NCBI GenBank assembly: GCA_951406725.2
Contig: OX597815.1
Location: forward strand, 206,584,001-206,648,000
Reading direction: 5' to 3'
Length of the DNA stretch: 64,000 bases
Source of the DNA: Octopus vulgaris
Lineage: Eukaryota
Part shown: positions 41,861 through 56,735 of the stretch, one piece after another
Numbering within the stretch: the stretch's first letter is position 1
How the letters are laid out: each line of letters begins with the position of its first letter
Made by a program: the position numbers and the translations under genes
The notes under the pieces: generated by a model
The model's database searches: none
Told to the model about the DNA's origin: nothing
What the model saw: only the letters and a program-made list of their open reading frames with translations

Positions 41861-42212
41861 TATCTATTACTTCTTTCGAGTGATGCCTACTATTAAACGC
41901 CATTTCCCTCTTGCAATAAGATTTACATCTTACTTCATAGCGTTTGCATTGCGATATCTGTTTGTATTTAATTTTCACGAACTTATCAGTATATGTCGCT
42001 GAATAATTATAAGAAAGTAGTTAATAGTCTATTGTTTTGTAAATTTTGTTGTCTCGTTTTAATAAATTCTGTTACGCTATTAATTATTTTGTCATACATA
42101 ATTTGTAAGAAATAAAAGATCTGCCTAGGTTCCGTCGTTTAAACACCCTGTACCAGAACTTACATTTTATTTTAAATACCAGAATAATATGTTATATTGT
42201 TTTATTGTTTTA

Positions 42213-42410
42213 TTCTTTTACTTGTTTCAGTCATTTTACTGCGGCCATGCTGGAGCACCGCCTTAAAGGGTGTTAGTCGAAGAAATCGACTTCAGAGCTT
42301 CTTCTTTGTAAGCTTAGTCCGCTAAGTTACGAGGACATAAATACACCAGCATCGGTTGTCAAATGATGGCGGACACACACACACCGACACACAAACACAC
42401 ACACACACCG

Positions 42411-42445
<35 letters not shown>

Positions 42446-42605
42446 CATTCACACACGCATACGACGGGCGTCTTCCGGTTTCCGTCAACCAAATCCACTC
42501 TGGTCGGCCCGAGGCTGTAGTAGAAGACACTTAGCCAAGGTGCCACGCAGTGGGACTGAACTCGGAACCATGTGGTTGGGAAGCAAGCTTCTTACCACAC
42601 AGCCT
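42213..42605 (-). mobile_element. SINE family B
   Basis: Homology to the other family B copies. Confidence 0.82.
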
Positions 42606-43400
42606 ATATTGAAAAATATAAAATGATAACATTATAGATATAGAAAATGAAATTGTAACTGTAGTCCTGCATATTGAACATAATGCTTGGTTAGAAAGTT
42701 ATATTGAGAAATGCGAGAATAATGATTGGAATATTTTTCTATAGCAAAATTTGTCTGCCAGTCAATTAACCCTGAATCAGGTCAGCTGAACAGACGAAGA
42801 GACAGCATCTTACCTGAACGTCTCTGAATTAGTATTGGTGCTAAGTCTCACATATCACACAATCTAACAGATAAGAAAGACAATGAATCAGTGATAAAGC
42901 CCTGAACTAGAAGTAATCCGATCATTGGTTTGCTTTGCAAACTTAGAATCCTTCTCTTGCTCATGAGAATAGATTATATGATAGTTTCATCACGCAAATT
43001 AAGCTTGTACAAAGGAAAAGCTGCCGAGAACACTTATCTCTCACATCATTAATCGAAATACTCGGTAAAATTTGGTGTAGTTTAATTTGACGGATAAACG
43101 GAAACTGAATTTATTTTAGCCCATATATATATATATGTATATATATGCACACATTAAGTATATTCAAGTATACACCCGTACATATTTGAAATACAATATT
43201 CTAAGAAGTTAGTTATTTTCTCATGTTCTCATATGCACAAAAAAAAACTAGCTTCTTCATATCTTTATTACTTATTTTTCTTCGTTTTTGCAGTCTATAA
43301 CGATAGGTGGTTGTCCAGCTATTATTCAGATGGCCTCTATTAACCATGTGTTCTCAATCTTGCTACTTTCAACGCTGTTTGTATCTGTTCAGTTGGAAAG

Positions 43401-43504
<104 letters not shown>

Positions 43505-46281
43505 ATATATATATATATATACTGCTGTAGCTAATCCAGTACTAGGGTGGAGTCAGATACACACACACATGTTGCTGATTACAACCGTTAGTCAAAGTTT
43601 ACAGAACGGACAGGAGACAGCCTGTCTATGTTTCTTTTGCGTTTGTATTTATGTGTATGAATATAAATTAGGGTGTATATGCACGTGTGAGTTTGTCATG
43701 ACTGGACAATCGTATTTGGCCCTAGCAATAAAAAAGTTTCTCTATATCCTTTACTGTCATTGTTAACAGATCGAATATGAAATATCTTTATCGTTGTTAT
43801 TACTGAAATATCTTATTATTGATGAAAAGTTTCTGACAATATTAAAAGCAGTGAAAAATATTCTGATTGAATCTTTGCCAATTATAAACCGACTTTCCAA
43901 ATCTAATTTTCGAACGTCACAGACACTTATGAGAGTGACAGGGTACATCACTCAATATGCTTCAAATTATCTAATTGTTTAACCCAATAAAATATAAGTG
44001 ATCTGCCAAATACTATCGTAGAGTTATTCAAACAACATAAACAGTCTGCCAGAACCCCACCTATTATTTCAACTGGGGATTGTGGTCCTCTTAAAAATAA
44101 ATATGGATACCAATAAAGTAAAGGAGCATTTTTGAGTTAGTCACGTCTAGCAGGCATTCACTACTTCTAAAATGCGACCATACAGTGCTCTTCCTTGCCA
44201 AATGAATTGAAACCATCGTATTTTCAGCCTCTAATCTTTAAAACATGATTTAGAGCGAACGTCTACGAGATCGATCGAACTACTATAAATAGTAATAACA
44301 TTTCCCTTGAATCATAAGCCTTCCAATTTAGCAATGGATACAAGCACATTAGATAGTGCATTCCTGATACATTAAGTAAGAATAAAAGAGAAGATGGTTA
44401 TGATTAGAAGGCCACTGCTCGATCAGAGTTGACCCGCGACTAAAGAAACAAACTAACTGACGTTGTAATCATTGGTTCTTCATGATTATATTCGTTGCTC
44501 ATCTTGTTGTTCAGTCACAACAATCCCCCTACTGGAGTTTTGTCCTTATTCTCACTCTTCAATACGACGTGCTATACAAGTTGCAGCCAGCTTAAGTTCT
44601 TACAAAACAACTATTCTAGATATAAACAGAGCTTTATCTTCCATGAATTCTCTCGATTGTTTTATATTCTTCAAACTTTTAACTCTTCGTTTTCTGTCTA
44701 CTTCGAGTAATTGAAGCGTGTAATAAGAGGTTCCATACCAAAAGAAAGAAAGAAAGAAAGATTATTTAGCCCTGTCAATTATTTTCTATAATTCTAGCAT
44801 TAATTTTCTCTCAGAAATCCTTTGTCATTTAAAACCTGTTTCTCTGCTTAGTGATACTAAAGGTACAGAGCTTGTACTTTTCCTTTTAGGTCATACTCCT
44901 GTGGCTGCTTGCACTTGGAATCATTGTGAAAGCAATATTTGTTGCCCGTGATGCCAGGAAAATGTTTGAGCAAATGTGATATGGAAATATTTGGCACATA
45001 TATTCTAGCTGTCCCTAACAACCGAAATCAAAAGCCTCATCTTCATTGTAAATATTGACAGTTCTCTTTCTAACTTTTACTGAACCAGCAGGCAGCGAAT
45101 TGGAAAACTTGTCAGAATGTGTGAAAAATGCCTTGCATTATCTGTCCCGGTTCTTTACATTCTAAGTTGAGATCCTATTTGCATCAACTTTGTTGTTGAT
45201 CCTTCCGTGATCGATAAAATAAATTACTTGTCCACGACAGAAAAATGGCAGAAATGGTAGAGCGTCGGACAACACATCTTCAGTATTTGTTCTGGATCTT
45301 TGTGATTTGAGTTTTGGGTGATAAACTTGTATGTCAAATAGTTTGTCAACGCCATATGGTTCTTGGAAACCTTTAGTTGATTTTACTCTATTGCATGCTA
45401 TCGGGCTATGCCTCACATTTGGGAATAAGTTCTTCACTTTCTCCCATCTCCAGTTCGGAGGACCTAATTAAAATAAATGTCTGTGGGCGCTGCCCTTTTC
45501 TCTCTGACTAAGCTGAAAAAGAACTGTACCCCTTACACTATCTTAAATTTCCTAATTAAGGTTCATATAGCGTTATTTTTTACTCTATGCACTTCATTGT
45601 AGATATTAACAACCACTCCTGCATTAGAACTCTCCCATGTTCAAGTAAAAATATTTTCGTCATACATTCTCAATGATAATGGTTCCATATTTTGGCACAA
45701 GGCCAGCAGTTTGTGGGAAGGTATTCAACTGGTACTTATTTCAGCGACCCCGAAAGGATGAAAGGCAAAGTCAACCGTGGCGAAATTTGAACTCAGAACG
45801 TAAAGACGGACGAAATACCGCTAAGCATTTTGCCCGGCGAGCGAACGATTCTGTCAGCTTTCCATCTTTACATTCTCAATAATAATAAACTCCTTCTATG
45901 AAAAAATGTCAGTTTAGTATCGTTAACACCAAAAATAGCTGCTAAATCTTCAAAAGGCATATTTACAACTTTATTCCATTTTTAATTGAAAAAACACAAG
46001 TAAAGTGAGGCTCATTACAAATGCTACATTTGCTATTTTTGACGACTTCTCATCATAATGACATTTATTACACAAATGAGTTTCCATTCTGATGTACATT
46101 ACTCATTCGAGTATTATTGACTCTGAAAAGTAATATTAATCTTGGTAACCATCATTAAGTGATAATAGTGGATACTGATTATTCTCACCGTCATATTAAA
46201 CTATTAAACAACACTGATGATTGTTATTATCATTGATCCTGTTGATAGTAAAGCTTTCTGTATAACAACTGTATTATAGTA

Positions 46282-46696
46282 TACTAGCAGTTTCGCCCGG
46301 CGTTGCTCCGGTTTGTTTCGACCCTTTACAATTGGAATTTTTGAAAAGTAAAACTTTTGCATTATTCTCTTTAAGTGAACATTTGTTATTGTTATTGTTA
46401 TTGTTATTCTCTTAAAGTGAACATCTTTCTGGTTGAAATACACCGAAAAATGGCGACACAGCAGTCAGAAAATAGGAATTTTCATAGAAAAAATGCACCT
46501 TTTTGATATAAATAATGTTTGGTGTTAACATGATCCGATTTGAATTTTTTTTTCTACTGAAGGAAGAGCGAGCTTTCTTCTATCATACTGTCAATTTTGG
46601 TCAACTTGCGTCGCAGGGTCTCGGAGGAGATAGTGTTAGTTGAAGGCTACCAAACCTGCCATACGCAGAAAACTTCAGCTTTATATATATAGGGAT
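46282..46696 (+). mobile_element. Non-autonomous Helitron/Helentron-like element
   Basis: Collinear with 41466-41860. Confidence 0.7.
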
Positions 46697-49039
46697 AAGA
46701 TTCAACTAACTATTGTATTCGAATGGCTGAACGATAACGCCTAACTCCGTGTGAATAAGCTGAAGAGTGTGAATTGATGCAAGCTAATTACTAAATACTA
46801 AATCAAGCATCTATTTCCATTAGATATTGAGTTGATAACAATAATCGTGAGTTCGTCCTTTCGATATGGCGCATCATCGAAAATTCATCACCGTATTTTA
46901 CTGGTACTCATTTAATTAATCTTCAAGGGATGAAAATTAAAGTAAATCCTTATAGAATTTTCACTCAAAATGCAGTGGGCCGCGACTGTATTCTTTAAGT
47001 TATAATCTTTGGTGATGTAATGTTTTTGCGAATACAGTGTTTTAGTGAATAAGAAAAAATGTTTCTCGTGCAATGTTTTAATGGTATTGTAATTATTTTG
47101 TTGCTGCTCTCTGTAAGAAGAATTAGTGAAAAATTCATTGTTTTATTGTTAGGAGTAGGGACATTGTTATCGCAACTGAAGACTTAATATAGACATGAAA
47201 TTATTATTTTAGTAAGAAAAGAACTTTAAAATGTTCAAAAATAAGAAGAACATCACTGGTTCTGATATTATGAACACTGAATCATCCCAAAATTACTGGC
47301 GCCCTTCGGATGTAGCCAAATATATCTTCACAGATAAGCGTATTAATCTACACAAAGTAAGACGTTGAATGCAATATTCAAAACCTCAAGATACCAAACT
47401 AATTTTTATGTGGAGAGAATATAATTTCGGTATATTATTAATCACGATTTCTCCAAGTTAATTTTTATGATGAGTGAGTACAGTCAATTTATTTCAGTAG
47501 ATTACGGGTAACTATCTTAGAGGACCAGAAAAATAGATGAAAAGAATAATCAACCGCAGTAGGGTTTGAACGAAAATCCCAGAAGAGGAAAATAATACTG
47601 ATAAACATTTAGGTTACTGGTCTTCCTTTACAATATTAATTTAAACGAAGTTAACAGATACGACTTATTTATTATGTATTCTGTAGGGAGATTTGCTTCT
47701 TCTTGTAAGTGTTACTTGTGCATATAAAAGAACAGAAGATAAATTAGCAGAACGCAGTTAAATCTACAATTTATTGGCAAACTCCCTCTTGGAAAAAAGA
47801 GATATTTTTAATAACTAAATTTAGAAAAGAATTCTCCCATGTAAATTCAAAAAAAAAGGTTCTCACATTGTTCTTTCTTGTCTACAGTTTTTGCCTAATT
47901 CTCGTGGCAACAATGGTGGGTGTCCAATAAAAGTAGAATTTTCTGTTTTATTATTTCTTGAAAAATCTTCAAGTCGTGTTTTTTTGTTCGTACGAGATAA
48001 AATTCCTTTCATGATATATCTTTAAAAAGGAACTATGATATTTATGCCAGATGAATGGTAAATGCTTAACTTCAAACTTTATAAAAAACGGTGAATGCAC
48101 ATTTTCTTTGAAAATAAAAGAAAAAAAGTTATCCGGTAAACGCAACTGAGATAATATTTATTTAAAATAGCCATATGTATCATATACTAAATGTATACAC
48201 ACCGAAAGGCAGTGAATGGGGGAATCATTAGCGTGCCGGACAAAATGCTCAGTGACATGTCTTCCAGCTGTGCGTATGAGTTCAAATTCCGCTGAGGTCG
48301 ACTTTGTTTTTCAACATTTCTGGGGTCGATGAAATAAGTACCTGATGAGCACTGGGGTCGATGTAATTGACTAGCCCCTCCTACAAAATTTCATGCCTTG
48401 TGTATATCGTTGAAGGATTAAAAAAGTAGATACCGAAGGATTCTTTACTTATATTTTTGTGACATAGAGTGTGAAGAAGATACAGATTAAAATATTGAAC
48501 TTAAGCATCAAATAATTTTAAATAGATCGACTCATTACTTCTTATATGTGATCCGGAAGGATGAAAGTGGAATCCTCATAGGTTTTGAATTCAGAACAAA
48601 AAGGCATATGATTCCAGTCTGTAAGGCATTATGTCCACCGCCATATTATTTCTACTTGCCAATTTTATGAGCTGAAATGCTGTTAATCTTCGTAGTATAT
48701 TTTAGAAATAACATTTGATACAAAATAAAATTACATCAAGAAAAATATTTCTTTATGAATCGTAAAATATAAACATTGTGTAGGAAACGAAAAGGTTAGA
48801 ATGCCTAGTGAAAATAAACCTGATGTTTAGCATAGAGTGAATAAATAAAAAAAAGAATTTACCAGTTTTTCATCACCTACTTATGGCTTCGGCTTAGATC
48901 TGCCATCATCTTTAGCACTCAGAATGACTTTCACATACACTTAGAATCTGATTTAACCTGATTTAGCAATTTACTTAGATCTCTTTTACGTTGTGGTATG
49001 GTTTTCCTTTGTAGATTTGAGGCGAGAACATCGGTAGGC

Positions 49040-49084
<45 letters not shown>

Positions 49085-49087
<3 letters not shown>

Positions 49088-49195
49088 GGTCCCGGGTTGA
49101 TTCGGGGTTATATATGTACAGTAAATAAGGTACTCAGGTGCTTCCTGAAGATTTCTATGTATGAATGAAACAGTTCTAGTCCTGTATGAAGTCCT
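49085..49195. mobile_element. Short PLE pLTR fragment in (TA)n with an inverted hammerhead segment; same family as 27860-28059
   Basis: Shares gtaggtcccgggttgattcggggtt...cagtaaataaggtactca with 27860-27908, then gcttcctgaagatttct...gaatgaaacagttctagtcctgta. Confidence 0.75.
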
Positions 49196-49200
49196 ATCTA

Positions 49201-49247
<47 letters not shown>

Positions 49248-49310
49248 ATGTATATATATATGTATGTATGTATGTATATATATATATGTATGTATGTATG
49301 TATGTATATG

Positions 49311-49346
<36 letters not shown>

Positions 49347-50570
49347 TGTATGTATGTATGTATGTATGTATGTATGTATGTATGTATGTATGTATGTATG
49401 TGTGTATGTGTGTATCCATATAAAATTCATCATGTAGCCTTTTATGTTGTTACTTATGTGGGGTTTTTCTGTAATTAGGGCATGTGTCACCCTATATTAT
49501 GGTATCACTTCTTTTATTTGTGTTACACGACTGTTTATGTTGTTGTCATGGGAATCATATGACCCCTACTGCTATCTAATAACTTTTGTAAGGTTATCAT
49601 TTGGGAGATTATTAACTTTTTAATATATGCCTCTGCATTACTTTTTGGTTATTTTGATTCCTTTTCTGCACATGTACTGAATGCTTGCCTGTATTCGAAC
49701 TAAGAACATTTATTTCTAAACTGAGACTAGTATCGCTATTGCGCAATAGACCACTGACGTTGTCCGAAACCAGCTTGGTGTTCTGTGCATGTCCAAGAAT
49801 AAGACCCCCGGTAGCAATCGTAGATCCAGCTTAATTTAATTTAAATATTAAGAAAATACTTAAAAGATGACATTAATTGTCTGAAAAGTTATAATTAGTT
49901 CTTCAACTATAAGTTCATAATATCAAATGGTTAATATACTAAATGAAGACTTTCATTTGAAGAACAAGAGGGTGATTGTGATAAACGCTGATTAATCCCC
50001 AGAGATTAAGCTCTTACTAATCTCCTCGGTCTCCACTTTTCTTTTTCATACGTAACAAAAGACGAATCAATACATTTGCCTACAACAACAAATTGTTATA
50101 AATGTTTCCCATTTTATTGTGTTTAAAATATATCTGGATGTAGTATCAGACAATCACCGGGTTATTTTGAATACCAAAAATTTGAAATTTTGTATCTTTC
50201 CTGTATGATATAATTTAAAAATATGAACTTATAATTTTCCTTTGTACATATCGTTCGTATACGTCCGTATATATTTTCTGGACGAAACATTATCGGATAG
50301 TGGCTGTCATAGATAATGTTGAATACTCAAATGTGGCACATTATCACAGCATTATAAAATAATTGTAGTTGATTTAAAGAACTTTAATACATATTTATCA
50401 CCTTTTATTGCCGTTGAATGGATGAAAAGTCAAGTTGATCCTGGTAGAATTTCAATTTCTGACAAAAAACGAAAGGCAATGTTGTCGAAGCTGTACCTTT
50501 TTTCCTACATCAGTACATACATCAACAATAAATGTTCACACACACGCACACACACACACACACACACGTA

Positions 50571-50636
<66 letters not shown>

Positions 50637-50820
50637 ATACATAGTTTTAAAAAAATAATAAAACTGAAGCTCTCGCGCACGCAGACGCACACACACATCT
50701 ATATACATATATACGAGCTGTACGTAAACTGGAATTTGTATGCATATCATTAATTCATTTGCTCGTTGAATGGAGATGCATTAATCGTGATAATGTCAAT
50801 TATTCCTAGTTTCAGTGGTT

Positions 50821-51008
50821 TCAAAATTTCTGATTAATGTCAACATCCGTTTTACTTTCACTGATGCTTACCTTCGAATTTAGACGGAAACATTTTCGAA
50901 TAGTACTAAAGTTAATTTGAATGATCAAAACTGCCATGACTATTATAGACGTTATACCCATAATATTGAAGAAATAATCAAACGTGTGTGACTTCTCGAC
51001 AATGTAGC
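50821..51008 (-). CDS. SLC16-like transporter probable last coding exon (TM12 and C-terminal tail)
   Basis: Acceptor ttttacag|GC, phase 1 in. My translation is GYIVEKSHTFDYFFNIMGITSIIVMAVLIIQINFSTIRKCFRLNSKVSISESKTDVDINQKF* with TGA at 50823-50821. An internal donor AAG|gtaagc lies at 50872/50871. This frame is not in the supplied ORF track. Confidence 0.8.
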
Positions 51009-51320
51009 CTGTAAAATAAATAAATAAATAAATACAAGTTATTACAAAAGATGTGAATACAGATTATATACAGTTTACATGTATTCACGAGTAGAATGTA
51101 TTGACGTTTCATTTTATCTGCTGTATATATTTTTATTATTCGGGCAAAGCCGACTGGTAAATATGATATTAAGTTAATAAACATCATAAGGAATGATTTC
51201 TGGTTGAGCAAATATTGTCAGGAACAATTTACAAAGGAGCTAACATTAATGAATGGCTTAGTCAAAGGAAACATTAAGATTGGGGGAGATAACTGGTGGT
51301 GGAGGGGAATACTGATACCT

Positions 51321-51548
51321 ATTTCTTTATTACCCACAAGGGGCTAAACACAGAGGGAACAAACAAGGACAGACATAGGTATTAAGTCGATTATATCGAC
51401 CCCAGTTCGTAACTGGTACTTAATTTATCGACCCCGAAAGGATGAAAGGCAAAGTCGACCTCGGCGGAATTTGAACTCACAACGTAACGCAGACGAAATA
51501 CCGCTAAGCATTTCGCCCGGCGTGCTAACGTTTCTGCCAGCTCTGCTG
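51321..51548 (-). mobile_element. SINE family A with 13-bp TSD (intronic)
   Basis: TSD aatactgatacct at 51308-51320 and 51551-51563. Confidence 0.88.
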
Positions 51549-52692
51549 GAAATACTGATACCTGCAGAATGCAGACCTGTTCCAAAAGCTTACAACGAAC
51601 TGAATTCCTTTAAAAGAAGCCAAGAATCGTTAGCGATGATTGAAAGTGCCTTGGCGAATAGTCAGAGGCTGGGTAAAAAGGCCCGGTAGAGTTGCTAGAG
51701 CGTAGTTCCAAAATAAGTGACAGAATTTTTAGAAAATATATCAATATTACTGCTAAAAGTTATTTGAAAATAGTTGATAAAATTCTTTGAACAAAGATCA
51801 AAATATCTGGCAAACTCATTACAGCGTAAGCCAAAAGGTCTGGTAGAGTCGTTAGAGCGTAGGTCAAAATAGTTGGAAGAATTGCTAGAGCTTAGGTCAA
51901 AATGCCTCGGTCTGTTCCGTTTCTTAGCAGTTTCTGATGAAATCCCACCTAAATTGATGCAGTTGTTCGTCCCTTAAGGGTCGAAATGCTGAAATACTAG
52001 AGGAAGTAGTAAATTAGCGGAATCATAAGAGTGCTGCGTGAGGTGATATTTGTACTGGCTTTTGCATTCTGATTGCTTGGGTGATACAATTAATCTAATA
52101 TCCTGGCTTTGAATCACTACCCTGTCATTGGCTGCCTTTAGCATTTGAATCAGGTCTTTTGCCTCCAGCTTCATTTCAATTTCCTTTCCTCTTCCCTCTG
52201 GTTTCGCTGGCCTTCAAAAAATAAGGTCTGTATGTTCTACCCTTTTTTAAGTAAGCATGAAGCAAAAAAGTATCTGATACCAGTATTAAATCAGGCAAAG
52301 CAATAGATCCCGAGACGCCCCACCTCCTAGGAGCAGATGTATGATATACCTGAAACAATGGATTTATAGATTGTACCTAGTTGTTCGACCAACTAGTAAC
52401 GGGCTAATGGACTACTTCATCGGATCTGACTTGATACTAAACGGCAACAACGACGACTCCTGCGACAGCAAACACCTACTGATCGATTGACCGATCAAAT
52501 GATTGTACGACAGGATTTCAGGTAATACCCTTATTAACATTTGACTGATACTGACAGACACGAACATATATAGGCATCATTTACAACAAGCGATCCTGAA
52601 CACGGTCGATCGACCTGCTAGAAATAGCAATCAAATATCTTCTAGAACACTAACATCTGGATAATGCAACGCAGGGTACGCACTGGTTATAT

Positions 52693-53100
52693 TCTCTTAC
52701 TCTCTTTTACTTGTTTCAGTCATTTGACTGTGGCCATGCTGGAGCACCACTTTTAGTCGAGCTAATCGACCCCAGTACTTATTCTTTGTAAGCCTAGTAC
52801 TTATTCTATCGGTCTTTTTTGCCGAACCGCTACGTTACGGGGACGTAAACACACCAGCATCGGTTGTTAAGCGATGTTGGAGGGACAAACAGACACACAA
52901 ACATATACACATACGTACATATATATATATATACGACGGGCTTTTTTCAGTTTCCGTCTACCAAATCCACTCACAAGGCTTTGGTCGGCCCGAGGCTATA
53001 GTAGAAGACACTTGCCCATGGTGCCACGCAGTGGGACTGAACCTAGAAACATGTGGTTGGTAAGCAAGCTACTTACCACACAGCCACTCCTACGCCTATA
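52693..53100 (-). mobile_element. SINE family B (intronic)
   Basis: Full head-to-tail copy. Confidence 0.88.
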
Positions 53101-53235
53101 GAAAATAAAATTTAAAAATCAGAATCCTCAGAACCGTGAGGGAGATAATAAAAACAATAAAGAAACTGCACATTCACACTTGAATATCAGGAAAAATAAT
53201 TTCTCTTAATTTTACAATGATTTAGAAATATTTAC

Positions 53236-53503
53236 CTGCAATAAGTCCAATAAATAAGTTTCCTGCACCGCACGCCGTTTCGCCAAATCCCATGGCTGAC
53301 GAGTACTTCTTTCCACCGATGATATCCAAGACGACAACACCGTGGATTGATAAAACGAGGCCAGAGAAAAATCCAAGAAGAAGTGTGCCGATCAGTAGCA
53401 TCATGTAACCGTGTAGGATTGGGATAAGAATCATCACTGCCGAGAATAACACACTGTTGACAATATACAGTAACATACTGGTGATGAAGTGGACTCGGAT
53501 TAC
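53236..53503 (-). CDS. SLC16-like transporter exon (about TM9-TM11)
   Basis: Acceptor ataccaaag|GTA and donor GCAG|gtaaat. Translation VIRVHFITSMLLYIVNSVLFSAVMILIPILHGYMMLLIGTLLLGFFSGLVLSIHGVVVLDIIGGKKYSSAMGFGETACGAGNLFIGLIA. Length 268 nt, phase 0 to phase 1. Confidence 0.9.
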
Positions 53504-53567
53504 CTTTGGTATAAAACGAAATGTATGCATTAGGGACAGAAAAAGAATCAATCAATAAACATATATA

Positions 53568-53990
53568 TACTCTTTTACTCTTTTACTCTTTTATTTGTTT
53601 CAGTCATTTGACTGCGGCCATGCTGGAGCACCGCCTTTAGTCGAGCAAATCGACCCCGGGACTTATTCTTTGTAAGCCCAGTACTTATTCTATCGGTCTC
53701 TTTTACCGAACCGCTAAGTGACGGGGGACATAAACACACCAGATTCGGTTGTCAAGCAATGCTAGGGGGACAAATACAGACACACAGACACACACACATA
53801 CACACATATATATATATACATATATACGACAGGCTTCTTTCAGTTTCCGTCTACCAAATCCACTCACAAGGCATTGGTCGGCCCGGGGCTATAGCAGAAT
53901 ACACTTGCTCAAGATGCTACGCAGTGGGACTGAACCCGGAACCATGTGGTTGGTTAGCAAGCCACTTACCACACAGCCACTCCTGCGTAT
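53568..53990 (-). mobile_element. SINE family B (intronic)
   Basis: Full copy with a (tactcttt)n tail on the plus strand. Confidence 0.88.
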
Positions 53991-54550
53991 ATCTATATTT
54001 AAAATTAAATAAAGGTAGAAATTGATATTAATCAATTAAAACCAGTGGCCTAGCATATTTAAAAAAAAATCCGAAGATTAAAAATTTTTTTACATACAAA
54101 ATTTAGAGGACTGACCACTAAAAGTAGACAGCCTATATGCTAGATATAGACGTCAAAATCGCCATGTTTACGTGTCAATATACGTATATATTAACAAGTG
54201 AAACTAATTAGTACATAGGTAATCGTTTTTATTTCGTATATTTTCATTTGTCTTGCTTATTTTTACATTTTGGTTTTTTGATGAATTTTTTCTTGAGAAC
54301 ACATTCTTCGTGGAAAATGGCGATTTTGACGTCTATATCTAGCATATAGGCTGTCCAGTTTTTTAGTGGTCAGTCCTCTAAATGTTGTATGTATATCTAT
54401 AGATATAATATATACGTGTATATGCATACATAAGTACGTAAACATACCTTCGCGCACGCGCGCACATACGCACCCATGTACACACGCTCACGTACAGACA
54501 AACACATGCATATAAAGTATAGGGGTATTAAATGAAACAGTAGCCATCAT

Positions 54551-54940
54551 GCGGCGAGCTGGCAGAAACGTTAGCACGCCGGGCGAAATGCTTAGCGGTA
54601 TTTCGTCTGCCGTTACGTTCTGTGTTCAAATTCTACCGAGGTCGACTCTGCCTTTCATTCTTTCGGGGTCGATTAAATAAGTACCAGTTACGCACTGGGG
54701 TCGATGTAATCGACTTAATCCGTTTGTTTGTCCTCTCTGTGTTTAGCCCCTTGTGGGTAGTAAAGAAATAGGTATTTCGTCTGCCGTTACGTTCTGTGTT
54801 CAAATTCTACCGAGGTCGACTCTGCCTTTCATTCTTTCGGGGTCGATTAAATAAGTACCAGTTATGCACTGTGGTCGATCTAATCGACTTAATCCCGTTG
54901 TCTGTCTTTGTTTGTCCCCTCTGTGTTTAGCCCCCTGTGA
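54551..54940 (+). mobile_element. SINE family A dimer (intronic)
   Basis: Junction aaata|ggtatttcg at about 54771; the two units share private substitutions. Confidence 0.88.
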
Positions 54941-55077
54941 ATGTGTACGATGAAAATATTACGTCAAAAAAGGAAGGAAATGGGTATTTAACGTTTCGGA
55001 TAAAACACCTTTTCAAAGAAAAATTTAGGAAAGGCGGATAAAAAGAATTAAGAATGATAACAAATGCACACACTACA

Positions 55078-55135
<58 letters not shown>

Positions 55136-56735
55136 TATACATACACAACACACACATATAGATACACCACACGTATATACTCATTCACATATAAATGCGT
55201 ATTTGAATATATTTATGCCACACACACACGCACACACACACACACGCACACACACACACATAGATGCATACACACATGCATATGCACATATTAATGTATA
55301 TGCATGCACACACACTCGCACACAAACATGCTCACTTATATGTTTACATATATGCATATACACACTTGTTGAACTAATATGATCATCACTGACATTTAGA
55401 AAATATATTGTCAACAATGCGTGTACAAAATTTAAGCCTGGTACAGCCGACATAACATCGAAACGACTCTTAGTACAAAATGACAGGCGCCCAGAGATAA
55501 TCAAAAACAAGATGTCTAATTCGGCAACCTTGACAAAATAGTTTGTTAGGACAATTCTCCCCGAGAGACATGAAAGTTATTTGGTACCCCAGGCATTCTA
55601 TTCTTAGAGATTTCTGATTCTATGGAAACCACAGACAAACTCGTTATTTGTAATGCATCAATAAGAATTTCAAAATTACTCTAGCAATAGACGTTTCGTC
55701 TTTCGATCTAGGATAAGATTTCAAATAAAAATATACTGACTATAGGCATTATTTTCTGTTGTAATTCTTCTTCTTATTCAACATAATACTTAGGATTCAA
55801 CTTATTTATTATATTTATTTTGATTCAACACACACATTTGGGCAGAAGTGGTTAAAAAGTTCGCTTTGTAATAATAAATTCCGACTTCGACATAATTGTC
55901 TCGGCTTGGAGAAGTATCTTCTATCACAGCAATGGCTGAATCCTGTTTCATATGTGAAATGGGTAAGATGAACATTGTGTAGATGCCCATCGGATATACC
56001 GCGTCAATGTTTGGCTGTTTAGACGTCGCCAGGTTTAACATCACCACCTGATCAGTGGGTGAAGTCAGCGGACGTTACACTGTTTAAAACTTTTAGAATG
56101 ACCTTCAAATAAAGGTAATGGGTATTGCCCTTCCCTCTTCGATAAAGCCTTAAAATAAAAAAAAGGAATTATGTGATCTGTTCTCATATAAAAGGATCGA
56201 ATCTCTTCATTGTAGGTCAATACAATATTCATAAGAAAGTATTAAATTAAAAATGTGTCATCCAATATGAGAGAAGAAACTCTATAGTTGACTATTCAGA
56301 TGAAGCCATGTAGATAGTTTATTCCGAAGCAGAAAGAGAATGTCTTTACACTGTCTATACCTTATTTGAGAAAAGAATTTGGACAGACGGGCTTGATTAA
56401 TAGAATTAGATTTCATATTGAACATTGAGTTCAAAATAAAACAAGTGGAGGGAATTATAGGAGGATAGATTTTGTGTTGACCAAAGAGCAATTATTAGTA
56501 TAATAGTTCCTTGTAATAGTGCTCTCATGAGTGGCATAGATCTCACATCTTATATTTCATATTTGAATGTGCAAAATCCAATATTTCTGTAATACATGTC
56601 CAATTTTGTTATATTTCTGTTTTAAAGCTTATAAAAATGAGAATAATTATAAGTAATGAAGATATATAACTACAAAAATGATAACAGAATCGTTCAAGTT
56701 TCCGGTCAAAGTTCTCTGCTATATATTTTCCTTAC

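Noticed and set aside
43294-43343. Plus-strand acceptor followed by YNDRWLSSYYSDGLY*
   Set aside because: Too short, and no partner exons were identified.
44470-45060. Possible decayed coding sequence on the minus strand
   Set aside because: Frequent stops and no identifiable domain.
51640-51905. ~33-bp degenerate repeats (ggtagagttgctagagcgtagg..caaaat)
   Set aside because: They look like decayed, reiterated SINE head fragments; no further structure.
51974-52358. Minus-strand ORFs and an acceptor at about 52331 inside the transporter intron
   Set aside because: The phase-1 join gives a stop after six codons; the exon at 51008 supplies the expected TM12.
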